DNA from: the human T2T-CHM13v2.0 reference genome, Homo sapiens
DNA length: 64,000 bases
NCBI RefSeq assembly: GCF_009914755.1
Contig: NC_060928.1
Strand: one strand, 5' to 3'
Of the stretch, positions 1 through 15,649 are shown piece by piece. Within the stretch, counting starts at the first letter, position 1; every line of letters starts with the position of its first letter. A program made the position numbers and the translations under genes. The notes under the pieces are model-generated. The model saw only the letters and a program-made list of their open reading frames with translations. It was not told the DNA's origin and did no database searches.

Positions 1-882
1 TTAAAGGATGTAGTAAAAGCATTTGACAACATCCAACACCTTTTCATGATAAAAACACTCAACAAACTAGGAATTGAAAGGAACTTCCTCAATGTGAAAA
101 AAAAAAAAAGAAACAGTCTACAGAAATACCCACAGTTAATGGCATACCGAATGGTGAAAGACTGGATGCTTTCCCATCCAGAGCAGAATGAAGCAAAGGA
201 TGTCCACTTTTGCAACTTCTGTTCAACACTGTAGTAGAGGTTCTAGCCAGAGCAATTAGGCAATAAAAAGAAATAAAAAGGACCAAGGTTGAAAACGAAG
301 AAGTAAAACTCTCTCAATTCAAGGAAGACATGATCTTATATATGAAAATCTTTTTTTAAGTCTAAAAAATAACTATTAGAATTCATAAGCAAATTCAGTA
401 AAGTTGCAAGATTCAAGAACAGTATACAAAAATCAGTTATGTTTCTATACACTAGCCATGATTAATCTGAAAATGAAAATAAGAAAATAATTTTATTTAT
501 ACCTTCATCAAAAAGAACCTAATACAGGAAAATACATTTAATCAAGGAAGTGCAAGTCTTACGCACTAAAAACTACAAAATATTATTGAAGGTAATTTTT
601 AAAAACCAAATTTATAAACAAAATCTGTGTTCTTAGATTGGAAGATTTTATATTTTTTGAGATGACAATACTCCTTACATTGATTCACAGATTCAATGCA
701 ATGCCTATCAAAATCCCAACAGCTTTACTTGCTTTTTTGTTTGCTGTAGAAATGGATAAGCATGTTCTCAAATTCGTATGGAAATGCAAGAGGCCCCAAA
801 TAGCCAAAAAATCTTAAAAAAGAGGAACAAAGTTGGAGGACTCACACCTCCCCATTTCAAAACTTATTACAAAGCTGCAGAA
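1..882 (+). mobile_element. Old L1 (L1M/L1MB-like) ORF2 fragment, 5' part
   Basis: Degenerate L1 ORF2 RT-region sequence (ORF 46..234 [11 protein letters not shown]...). It resumes at 2304 after a younger L1 insertion. Confidence 0.85.
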
Positions 883-2291
<1,409 letters not shown>

Positions 2292-2303
2292 AAAGCTGCA
2301 GAA

Positions 2304-3170
2304 GCCAAAACAGTGTGGCACTGACATGAAGATGGACATAAAAACCAACAAAAGGAAGAGTTCAGAAACAAACCCAAACATCTATGGCCATTTGATTTTT
2401 TACAATGGTGCCAAGACCATTCAATGGGGAAAGAATAGTGTCTTCAACATATGTTTCTGGGACTACTGGCTAACTACATAGAAAAGAATGAAGTTGAACT
2501 TGTTACCTTGCTCCATATACAAAAATTAGCTCAAAATGGAACAAGAGCCAAAATATAAGAGATAAAGCTATAAAATTCCTAGAAGAAAACATAGAGATAA
2601 ATTTTCATGAGCTCAGATTTAGTGAGAATTCTTAGATTTGACACCTAATGCCTGAGCAACAAATTAAAAATAGATACATTAGATTTCATCAAAATTAAAA
2701 ACTCATTCATCAAATGACATTATCAAGAAAGTGAAAAAAAAACCTACAGAATGGGAGAAAATATTTACAATCATACACCTAATAAGTGTTTAGTATCCAA
2801 ATATGTAAGAACACTTAAAACTCAACAAAAAGACAAAAAACCCAACTGAAAAATAAGCCAAGAACTTGAGCAGACAGTTCTTCAAAGAAGATATACAAAT
2901 GACAACAAGCACAGGAAAAGATGTTCAATACCATTAGTCATCAGGGAAATGCAAATCAAAAGCAGAATGAGATATAACTTTACACCCATTAGGATGATTA
3001 GAATCAAAAAAAGCAGACAATAGCAAGTGTTAGTGAGGATATGAAGATATCGAAACACTGCATTTTGCTGGTGGGAATGTGAAATATTTTAGCCACTGTG
3101 GAAAATGGTTTAGCAGTTCCTTAAAAAGATAAACATAAAGTTGACATATAACCAAGCAATTTCAATCCAA
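2304..3170 (+). mobile_element. Old L1 (L1M) ORF2 fragment, continuation
   Basis: Resumes in register after the TSD (CAAAACAGTGTGGCACTG...) as degenerate ORF2 C-terminal sequence. Confidence 0.85.
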
Positions 3171-3171
3171 A

Positions 3172-3278
3172 GTAATGAAATAATCTGTATGACAAACCCC
3201 CACGACACGTAATTTACCTACGTAAGAAACCTGCACATATACCCCTGAAACTAAAAGTTAAAAAGTAATAAAATAAAA
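3172..3278 (+). mobile_element. L1PA11-16-type 3' terminal fragment
   Basis: GAAATAATCTGTATGACAAACCCCCACGACAC...AACCTGCACATATACCCCTGAAACTAAAAGTTAAAAA resembles older L1PA 3' ends. Confidence 0.7.
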
Positions 3279-3636
3279 GGTACTCAATAAATGCTTACAA
3301 ATGAATGAGGCAGAGGCAACTTTCTTCTCTCTCTCTCTCTCACTTTCTCTCTTTTCTTCCGTTCATGTCTCTGGAGAATACAATTCATAGTCTGGTAGAA
3401 GTGCCAGGCATGTGAAAAATAATTATAAAACAATTTAATAAGTGCTAAAAGAAGAGAGTTAGTTTTATAGAAGTTTTTGGTGTGTTTTCTGTGTAAACTT
3501 AGAGTTGTGTTTTCCTTCCATAACAAATTTAAACATAATTTCCTACGGCAGGAAATGAAGAAAAGTTTAGTCCAGATAGACGTTCTTCACCGGCTTTTGT
3601 TTGTGGATATGCGAGGACAAAAAAATTGGCCTCTTT

Positions 3637-5887
<2,251 letters not shown>

Positions 5888-6281
5888 AAAATTGGCTTCT
5901 TTCTTTCCTTCTCTTTCTTCCTTCTCATAAACAAAGGCAGTCATTTACTTTAAATTTGGATATTATTCGTTCTTAAAATTTTTTCAGAATTTCTTCGTTA
6001 CTATCACATATGTCATTACTGCTAAGCTTAGAGAAAAATCTCCAGTAGCTACATTTTAAAGCTTTACATTTTCATTCTGATAATTCACTTTCAACACCAG
6101 AATTCACTCACAATCTTAATGTGTTCTTATTTGACTTGCGAAGTGTTCTTGTGGGTATACGGGTGCCAAAGCATAGATTCAACTATCACGTTAAAATTTA
6201 TAATAATCCTTTAATGGGCATTGTGATATTTACTCCACACTAAAACATACAAACAAGCAAAAACTTATGAGCTATAAATTA

Positions 6282-6428
6282 CTACCCCATTGAACAGGTA
6301 AGAAAAATGGACCCCAGACAGACAAATTGGCTTACTCCAGCAAGACTTCACTAGTGTAAGTGGCAAGCCAGGACCTAAACCTAGATCAGAGAATTTCTAG
6401 TACAGTGTTTTCCCCACTTCATCATAGC
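6282..6428 (-). mobile_element. MIR fragment
   Basis: CCCCATTGAACAGGTAAGAAAAATGG...AAGTGGCAAGCCAGGACCTAAACCTAG resembles the reverse complement of the MIR core. Confidence 0.6.
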
Positions 6429-6711
6429 TCTTCTGTTTTCTGCATTATCAAGGCATTTTATCATTGAATGTTATAACTAAGGCATTTGCTTCATTGCAAA
6501 CCTGTTACCATAACAACAAAAAAAAACTCGAAGAATATGCCTGATTGCTAAATGCCCTAAATTTAATTTTTATATAAAATATTATTGAACTTTCCTTTGA
6601 TATAAGGCAAAAGCCATTTTTCATAGCCTAGTTGAGTATATTTATATTTATCTTGTGTCCATTGGATTTAACTGTTGTGCTCATAAGTGCTTGATGAAAA
6701 CATAACTGATC

Positions 6712-6750
6712 AAAAAAATAAATAAATAAAATAAAATAAAATAAAATAAA
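6712..6750 (+). repeat. (TAAAA)n A-rich tract flanked by a 10-bp direct repeat
   Basis: AACTGATCAA at 6704-6713 and 6750-6759. Confidence 0.85.
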
Positions 6751-6759
6751 ACTGATCAA

Positions 6760-6885
6760 GCCAGCACACTGGCGCATGCTTGTAGTCCCAGCTACTTGGG
6801 AAGCTGAGGGCTGAGGTGAGAGAATACCTTGAGCCCAGGAGTTCGAGGCCAGCCTCGTTAACATAGCCAGACCCTGTCTCTAAAA
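6760..6885 (+). mobile_element. FLAM/FAM-type Alu monomer
   Basis: Single ~125-bp monomer: TGTAGTCCCAGCTACTTGGG...GAGCCCAGGAGTTCGAGGCCAGCC...AGACCCTGTCTCTAAAA. Confidence 0.8.
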
Positions 6886-6886
6886 T

Positions 6887-6990
6887 TTATATATATATTT
6901 TATATATACACACATACACATACACACACATATAAATATACACATGCATATATGTATACATATATATACACACACATATATATATATAAA
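6887..6990. repeat. (TA)n/(CA)n compound microsatellite
   Basis: Seen directly. Confidence 0.9.
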
Positions 6991-7084
6991 TGTTTAAAAT
7001 GTAAGTATCACAGCAATAAAAACCTGTTGGCCTGTAAGAAAGAGGCTTGACTGCACCCTAATATTGATAAAAAATGTAATAGCA

Positions 7085-7192
7085 ATGGCTCACGCCTGTA
7101 ATCCTAGCACTTTGGGAGGCCGAGGCAGTCAGATCGCTTGAGCTCAGGAGTTCCAGACAACCTGGGCAACATGGCAAAACCTCGTCTCTACT

Positions 7193-7224
<32 letters not shown>

Positions 7225-7385
7225 GATTAGCCTGGCATGGTGGCATGCTCCTGCAGTCACAGCTATTTGGTGGACAGAGGTGGGAGGATCACTTGAACCT
7301 AGGAGACGGAGATTTCAGTGAGTCGAGATTGCACCCCTGCATTCCAGCTTGGACAACAGTGAGACCCTGTCTCAAAAAAAAAAAA
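7085..7385 (+). mobile_element. AluJ-type element with expanded middle A-linker
   Basis: Dimeric Alu with AluJ-like GGAGGATCACTTGA and GAGACCCTGTCTC. TSD AAAAAATGTAATAGCA at 7069-7084 and 7381-7396. Confidence 0.9.
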
Positions 7386-8242
7386 ATGTAATAGCAGGAA
7401 AAGGCTTACTTTTTGTTAATGTTGAAATTTATCTCAGTAATGGAGAATTTTTCCTGTAGGCTATCAGCATGAATTCTGAATTGTGAGTCACAACTGGAAT
7501 CTTTGTAATAAATACACAGAGGAGACACTGTCTAAATTGAGAGTATAAAGAAATAGAAAAAGAAAGTGGGATGAAAAATTAGATATATTAGATCAAACAA
7601 AAGAAGGTATATTTTCATCCCATATTTTGAATAGCTATAACTTTGTGATCTTTTTGTTTCTTTTATTTCTTCCCAGTATTCAATCACATTTTCAGTACAA
7701 ATTATCGTATTATTTTGCAGAAACACTCTGTTCCTTGGTGGATTTATTCAGCTAATTAATGTTTTAAAAAGAATTACTGAAAGCAATATTGCAAGAAATA
7801 ATTTCCAAACTGAAATTTATACACTTGAAAGCTGATTCCTACAAAAATGATTTGGCTCTATAAAAAAAGAAGCAGTCCATCAGCTCCACAGACCCAGACA
7901 TGAGCCTGATAGGATTTCTTTTTCATAGGAAATTACTGCTATGACTGATTCTTGTTAACCCTCGGGGGGGAAAATCCAGTGGCAAGGTCTAATCAGAGAC
8001 TGAAATAGAATGTTCTATTGTCTGAAATTGTTATCTCTGTGTATTAGTTGAAAGACAAATTAAATGTGTTAGAATCAAGTAAAATATTCACTTCCCCTCT
8101 TACCTCACCAGGCTACCTCACTTTAACTGAATTACTACTAAGTTCCTTTCCTCCCTTAATTCCCCTTACATCCTGATAATTGAATATATATCTCATATTT
8201 CATTGCTCTTCAGATCCACAGTGGAGGGAGGATGTCTGCTGG

Positions 8243-8437
8243 TGAGAATTAATATAGCCTGTCCTAGGACCCCTGCCTACTGTACTCAATGCCTGAACCA
8301 TTTCCTCAAACCATTCCATGCTGCTTAAAAGGATCATGACCATGAGAATAATTGTAGCCTGTCCGAGTACCCCTGTCTACTATGCTTAGTGTCTGAACCA
8401 TTCCCTCAAACCACCCCATGCTGCTAAGGACCGTGAC
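8243..8437. repeat. Diverged tandem duplication with 100-bp period
   Basis: TGAGAAT..TAGCCTGTCC..ACCCCTG..CTGAACCATT.CCTCAAACCA..CCATGCTGCT starts at 8243 and again at 8343. Confidence 0.85.
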
Positions 8438-8893
8438 AGAGAGATTCCCTTTTCATGCAGTCATTTCATAGGCAGCTTTTTCCTTGAGAGCTGTTACCAC
8501 AACCTCCACCCCTCCTGCTGGAAAACTAACCAGCTCTGGCGGCAGAGTGGAGACAAGGCTACATCTGGTAGCCTGTTTTGCTGATTGTGTTTTCTTGTGT
8601 TCCTATGGGTGTATGACAGCTAAGAAGCAAGTTACAGCTTTCAGTTGAAAATGCAGAAACGTAAAACATTCCTCAAAGCTAAGACTTCTGTATTTTTTTT
8701 TCTGATTTCCCAAGTTTACTAAACATGCAGATAGGGTTTTGAATGTCACAAACCATTTTCCTTCATTTTCATCAGGAAGTTTTTGTCACGTAAGACAATA
8801 GTTAACCGAAATCAACACCTCTGAAGATATATTTAAATGAAAAATCATGATCCAGTGGTTTTTTTTTTTTTTTCGTTAGAATAAACTATGCAC

Positions 8894-9470
<577 letters not shown>

Positions 9471-10344
9471 AATATTGTAAATGAAAATTTTTCCAACATA
9501 TTATTCTTTAGTTTGTAGACACTGTGAAGGCACAATATGAATTCCTAAATAAATATATTTTTAAAAAACTTTGCCTATGACTTTGTATTTACCTCAGATG
9601 AGTTCTCAAATTAGTTTTACTGATTTTTTTTCTCCAGTCTCTCAGATCTTACTCCTCAGAACTTGCTCTGTCGTCATACAGCTATTATGAAGGAACGAAG
9701 CTCAAGTTAAAGACAAAAAGCCTATTCAGGAATCATTAGTATTTATAGTAATAAAGCTAATAAGTAAGGCCTCATGTTAACTAATGATGCTATTACACTT
9801 GTGTTCCTCAGTTAGTATTATCTCTCATGGGATAAACATACTGTTTGCACAAATAAGACATCAAGCAGGTAAGACAATGTTTAAAAGAATTCCTCCTTCT
9901 AGGTCTTTATCTCCCTGCCACTACTTTTCTCTCTATTTATCATCTTAGAAAATAGAGTAGTAGCCTATTTCTGCTGACCTGATCAACTGAAAAGCCCATA
10001 TGTCTAAGGACACTTTACAATTGTTAAAACATTTGCCAGTATAGCGGTGTTTTTTCAAGTTTTCTCTCCTTCCTAATGCTTCAATAATTTCTGTTTTTTG
10101 TTTTTGCTTAGAAAGTAGAATCCAAGAGCATTTTACAACAAGTAAATTTTTTGTGAATTGACCTTGATGTTTTCCATCCATGTTTAAAGTGAATGTCATT
10201 AGTGATATCAGGTTTTTCCTATGACATACATCTGTGCTACAATGTAATGTTCTGAACCCATCTTTTTAAATGTCTGCTATTTAGGTTTAGTCTTTGTGAA
10301 GTAAGTAGCTAGTTCATGAGAAAATCAACATTTTCTCATCTTAC

Positions 10345-10538
10345 CTCTTGAATACAACACTAATTACACTTTTAAAAGACATTTGCTTACGAAAATTAAT
10401 GAATTCATTTTCTTCTCAATCATAAGCCAAATCTTCATGGGAATCTTGCACTTTTTTCACTCCAACTGCTGCTATTCTTTATTCAACATTGCAGAGAGAA
10501 TTGACTTTGATATCATGTCTGTGCCTAATAATGAATGG
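10345..10538 (-). other. Candidate spliced exon (194 nt, stops in all frames)
   Basis: Long poly(T) tract plus AAATCAG acceptor and GAG|GTAAGA donor, in non-repeat DNA. Confidence 0.35.
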
Positions 10539-11664
10539 CTGATTTAAAAAAAAAAAAAAAAAAGCACAAACTTCCCATCAGAGCCTTCTGTAAAACAGAA
10601 ATCAAAGTTGCTCAGTTGTTGGCTGACTTGAAAATAGTTCATACTGAGTCCCATGTGCCTACATAGGATCTGTTTATTTTGATGTATAAACCATAGAAGT
10701 AAGATAACTGAAGCTGAAGGTGATCATTTAAGATAAATTCTTACTTCCAAGCCCAATGGATCACCAGGTGTCAGGGCCAGTGCTAATCTTAGTAGTCCCT
10801 GTGGTAGCTAGAGCTGCCTGGAATCATGTTTTACATTTTCACGTAAGTGCTTATTTCATACAGGTTTTTCACTTTCTTTCCCCCACAATAAGTCACTAAT
10901 TTTGCATGGCTTCCTTTGAGACCTAAAACAATATTTCTCCCAGAAGGACTATTCTTGTAGAAACATATACTGTGGGTTTGGGTTTCGTTAATCAACAGTT
11001 CTCTAACCTCTATGTTCTTCTTTTATTTTTTAAAGGCAGTTTATCCACTGCAATACTTAAATGTTTTGTATTTCACAGTCTTCTCTGATATCGGTGGAAG
11101 TTTTGTGCCTAAGAATTTATTGCTATTCTGATAACCAGTAATAACAAAATAACTTTACCTGGCAGAATTCAATACCTACATATTTATCTCAGTCACTGTT
11201 ACTGTGCCTACTTTAAATAATTTTTTATTTAATATAACAAAGTGTGTGATTACATAAATTAAAAACTTAGAGAAGTAAATTTTCTATCTGGCAAAAACAA
11301 AAATTAAATCCTCATTCCACTGTCTTTCCTCCTGTTAAAATTTTCCATCGGAGGAGAGTTTTTAATCTTGTTTCTTTGTATTAGTGGGGGGTAGAATTGT
11401 TTGTTTTTATAAATTTTAATATACCAAAGTAGCATGTACATCCATAAACATTATATTTGTTATGTTCTAATTTTGTTTTTTGTTTTTTGGTTTTGTTTTT
11501 GTCTTTAGCTGTGAACAGCATTCAAATTTGAAAAGTGCTCCCAAAAACATTTTCTCTGTAGTGGTGTCACATTTTCTCCTTAGTTCTTTGATGCCAATAG
11601 AATTTTGTTATCCAAAATATGTGCATATGTATAATATTTAATGTGAAGTATAAAACCATAACAC

Positions 11665-11733
11665 ATGTTGATTCCATGTATGTTATCTATATGTTGATTC
11701 CATGTATGTTATCTATATGTTGATTCCATGTAT
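11665..11733. repeat. 26-bp tandem repeat, about 2.6 copies
   Basis: ATGTTGATTCCATGTATGTTATCTAT repeated. Confidence 0.9.
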
Positions 11734-14429
11734 TTTAATGTGAAAAATGCATAGGAATATTGAAAGTATTTACATTATAAGATAGTCCCATGCTGTCAAA
11801 TATTTCTTACTATAACTGTAGTTAACATGCTCCTTAAGAAAATTCTGGGAAACTTAGGCCAATGTCATGCTTTCTCTATGCTATGACTTTCTCCATGTCC
11901 TGGAAAAGAAAGATGAACTAAAGATCACTCTAATTGTATGTGCTATTATTAAACATATGGCAATAGTAATATCTAATTTCAAAAATTAGTACATTATAAT
12001 AAAATAGTCCTGAATCATTTTTGTTTCTCAAACAATATGTGCTACGATTTTCTAATTTTACTTACATTTAAATAAAGTGCTACCATGAATTTATATATAG
12101 ATAATTATCCTATGTGCATTATATCTTCTTTTCTTCATCCATTCATGCTTACATTTGATTTGTTGCATTTCCATTAAGCCAAATAAATTGAATTCTTTCT
12201 GAAACAAAGGATGGTAGTAACAAATTAAAGTGAAATAAATAATAACTTCTGAAATAATCACTTCTCAAGTGGAAAATTAATAAAGTTATGAACTTAAAAC
12301 AATGTTGTAATAAAGTTATGAACTATAGCTTATAAAAGAAGTACATCACCTTTTTGGTTGGAATTTATGTCTGTGTTTTATAAAATGGGCTGTTTCCCTT
12401 TAGAGGGCTCTTAAATTGTTCAGATTCTGGCTATGCAGTGACAACCCTCACCCAAACTAAAACCCAGGGCTGTGACAAGGAAGCTTGGCCCACTACTAAT
12501 TGGGTGTGAAGTTCAGTTCTAGGCATCCTCAGTTGGATCATAAGTTACAGCCACTATATTTCTGAATCCTGACACAGCAGGCAGGCAGGGAACCTGCCCT
12601 TCAGAGCAGATGCTTCTGCGCCCACCACCCCCACAGGAAAGACAGCATAGTCTCCACCAAGTGACCTCTTGCTCTGAGTCATGGCTCAAAACAACCAAGA
12701 GATGTCCCAAGAACAAGCAGCAGTCACGCCCTTTTGAGCTAAGAATAACATTTGGCCATCAAATTTAAGGCATATATTGAGCAAAAGTTAGTGAGAAAAA
12801 ATATTTAAAGTTACTAGAACTTTTGAGCACATAAAATGAGGAGATTTTAAAACTCACTCTTCTGTAAGTAAATAGTTGTGACTGAGGATCAGGTAGCTTT
12901 CTAAAACAAAAATAGATAAACCTTGTTTCAGAAGCAACTAGTCTTAGAAAGGATATACTTTACTTTGTACACCATTGGAATATTGTTGAAATCTTCCTTA
13001 ACAATGCCAATTTGGAAAATAATAAGCCTTTGAAAAAATATGCCTTTTTTTTTCCTAACCGGTAGTGGTGATGGTGTTTCTATGCGGGAAAAAAAAAAAG
13101 ATACAAAAAGAAAAAGAAAAGAATAATCCAAAATAAATTGATCAAGATTTGTGATCTAGCAAGGTTTTCATTGTTGAGACAATTTGGAATTATTTTTTGA
13201 GAAACTGCAATAAGCTTTAAGTTAATAATTATATTTACTTGGCAAGTCTTATTCTGAAGATATAAATCAGTCAGCTTGGTCCCAGAAAAAGGTCTGATTT
13301 TTTTTTTTTTTATGTTTTTCTTTTGTTGTCAGTGTATTGACAGTAGATGTTTGCTTGCTGCAATTAAGAAAAAGGAAGCCTCATTTTCAGCAAAAGTTTA
13401 TACTGGATTTATTTTCTACAAATAACAGTGCTAAAGTACTTTGAAATAACTGTCAACAATCACCTGAAGCCAGTGCAACATGGGTTACTGACACCTGAAA
13501 CTTCCATTGCTTATAAAATCACGATCTTCAAATGCATTTTCTCTTGGATCGCTTGTCTCTAAACGCCATCACTAAAAACAATAAGCGAGGATCTCAACTC
13601 AAAGGTTCTTTTCTTCTTTTGAATCTCACAGAATGAAAATCTGACCCACTATATAAAATACTCACTAGTACATCTTTTAAAATGTACGTTGGATTGTATA
13701 CAGTTTGCGCTTTGAGCTTTTTTTTTCTTTATCATGTCAAATAGAGATCTCTGAGAAGAGTAACTTAGCCTTTACAACACAACCATTTTCCAGGATGCCT
13801 GCCAAGTGAGTACTTAGGAGGATGGCCTTCAGGCTGGGAGGAGCGTGTTATCCCCTATCTGGGGCCTAGACACAATCCAGGAGGCTCCCAGGAGAATTGG
13901 CCCTGTTATCTGATAATAGCTCTTTTCCATTTCTGACCAAAGAGATATCTGCTGTTTCCAAGGGGTTAATATTTCAAGTTATACCAATAAATACACCTCT
14001 TTACTTGCTGCCTTGAATTTAGTATGCCATATTTTTATTATTTTTAGTTTCTTATTCTTGGAAATGTTGACTCTATACCTGATTTCTCTAATTAAAAAAG
14101 AAAATGCGGATATCTCAACCCTTCATTGAATCCAATTAGCAACCTCCCCAATGCTGCTCCAACTGGTTCATTTAAAAAAAAAAAAAAAGAGTGGTTTTCT
14201 TCTTCACATTGGAATTTATCATATTTACAGATTGTTTTTGGCTTTGGGGATTCTGCTTTGCCATAAAGTATACAAATAATATTTTAAAATAATATATACT
14301 CTTTCTACATTTTGTCCATTTAGTTTTCCCCTGGTTTATGTCCTTTTTAAAGTTACTACACAACTATTACTATCAATCAGACATTGCATGAACATCATAG
14401 TGACATTATTATTTAGACCAAACTTTGCA

Positions 14430-14615
14430 GTCATTACTGCAATAACTTAGAGAATTTTGTTTTAATACCAATGTCAAGGCCTCATCCCTAGGGATCCTGA
14501 TTCAGTAAGTCTAAGTTGGGGCCCCAGCATTTGCATGTTTTTAGAAACTTTAAAAATAATGTCAGTAAGTGCCCCCAGGTAATTCATACATGCAGCCAGG
14601 GTTAAGAACTACTGA
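14430..14615. mobile_element. MER5-family hAT-Charlie MITE
   Basis: CTGATTCAGTAAGTCTAAGTTGGGGCCCCAGCATTTGCAT...CCCCAGGTAATTC...CAGGGTTAAGAACTACTG. Confidence 0.7.
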
Positions 14616-14624
14616 TTTAGGACC

Positions 14625-14981
14625 TGTGGTAGTGTGTTCTCACGCTGCTGATAAAGACATACCCGAGACTGGGTAATTTATAAAGGAAAGAGGTTTAATG
14701 GACTTACAGTTCCACATTGCTGGGGAGGCTTCACAATCATCGCAGAAGACGAAGGAGAAGCAAAGGCATGTCTCACATGGCGGCAGGCAGGAGAAGTGCC
14801 AAGCAAAAGGGGTAAAAATTCCTTATAAAACCATCTGAGAACTCACTTACTATCAGGAAAACAGCATGAGAGTAATCACCCCTATGATTAAATTACCTCC
14901 CACCAGGTTCCTCCCATGACACGATTATGGGAACTACAATTAAAGATGAGATTTGAGTGGAGACACAGTCAAACCATATTA
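14625..14981 (-). mobile_element. THE1D-like MaLR solo LTR
   Basis: GCTGCTGATAAAGACATACCCGAGACTGGG...CAAACCATAT. 5-bp TSD GGACC at 14620-14624 and 14982-14986. Confidence 0.9.
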
Positions 14982-15304
14982 GGACCTAAAGAGGAGCTTG
15001 GATGCCTTTCTTGGAGTTAATGGTTTCCAAAGGACAGAGAGCAAACTGGAACAATGAAGCTTCACAAGCTTTCAGAAAGAAAAATCCTATTATAAGGTTT
15101 GATGACAAGCTTCATAAAGAATTTCAAAACATACTCCTCAGTACTTTAAGTATATGCTTTCTACTCCCAGTGAGCAATGGAGCTATTATGCTCCCTTGTA
15201 TTTCTTCTCTTCTTTACTCCTGATACTTGGAGAATTTCGTAGCCCATTAACAACTGAACCAACAGATAGAGAAGAAAGGATAAAGTAAGGGAAAAGGAGA
15301 AGGG

Positions 15305-15535
15305 AACTAACACTTGCTGAGCTAGACCTACCAGGCATCAGCACTGTCCTCTTCTTTGTTTTGTTTAGTCCTTTGAACTACTGCAAGGTGCAGGCTGTTA
15401 AGTCCATTTCATGGGTGAGAAAACTGCTTCAGAATGATTGTGCAGTTTATTCAAGTTTACATCACTAATAAATGATGAAGGAAGAATACCAACCTAAGAT
15501 TCTCCAGCTCCCAATTCATGTTATTTCCAGCAACC
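15305..15535 (-). mobile_element. MIR
   Basis: Degenerate CCATTTCATGGGTGAGAAAACTG core. Confidence 0.55.
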
Positions 15536-15649
15536 CCAAGGAAAGATCAAATATTTGTATGTTATTCTTCGCTGGCAGTGGTTAATGGGGAAAGAAGAAG
15601 ACAGAGGAGAGAGAACTAAAAGAAATCTTCAGCAGAAGTTTTGTGATTA

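Noticed and set aside
9638-9868. Plus-strand exon-like signals (TTTTTCTCCAG acceptor, CAG|GTAAGA donor)
   Set aside because: No convincing open frame or partner exons. Isolated splice-like motifs are expected by chance in 64 kb.
12928-13131. 67-aa minus-strand ORF in unique DNA
   Set aside because: Non-ATG start, low-complexity N-terminus, no clear donor site and no recognisable protein similarity.
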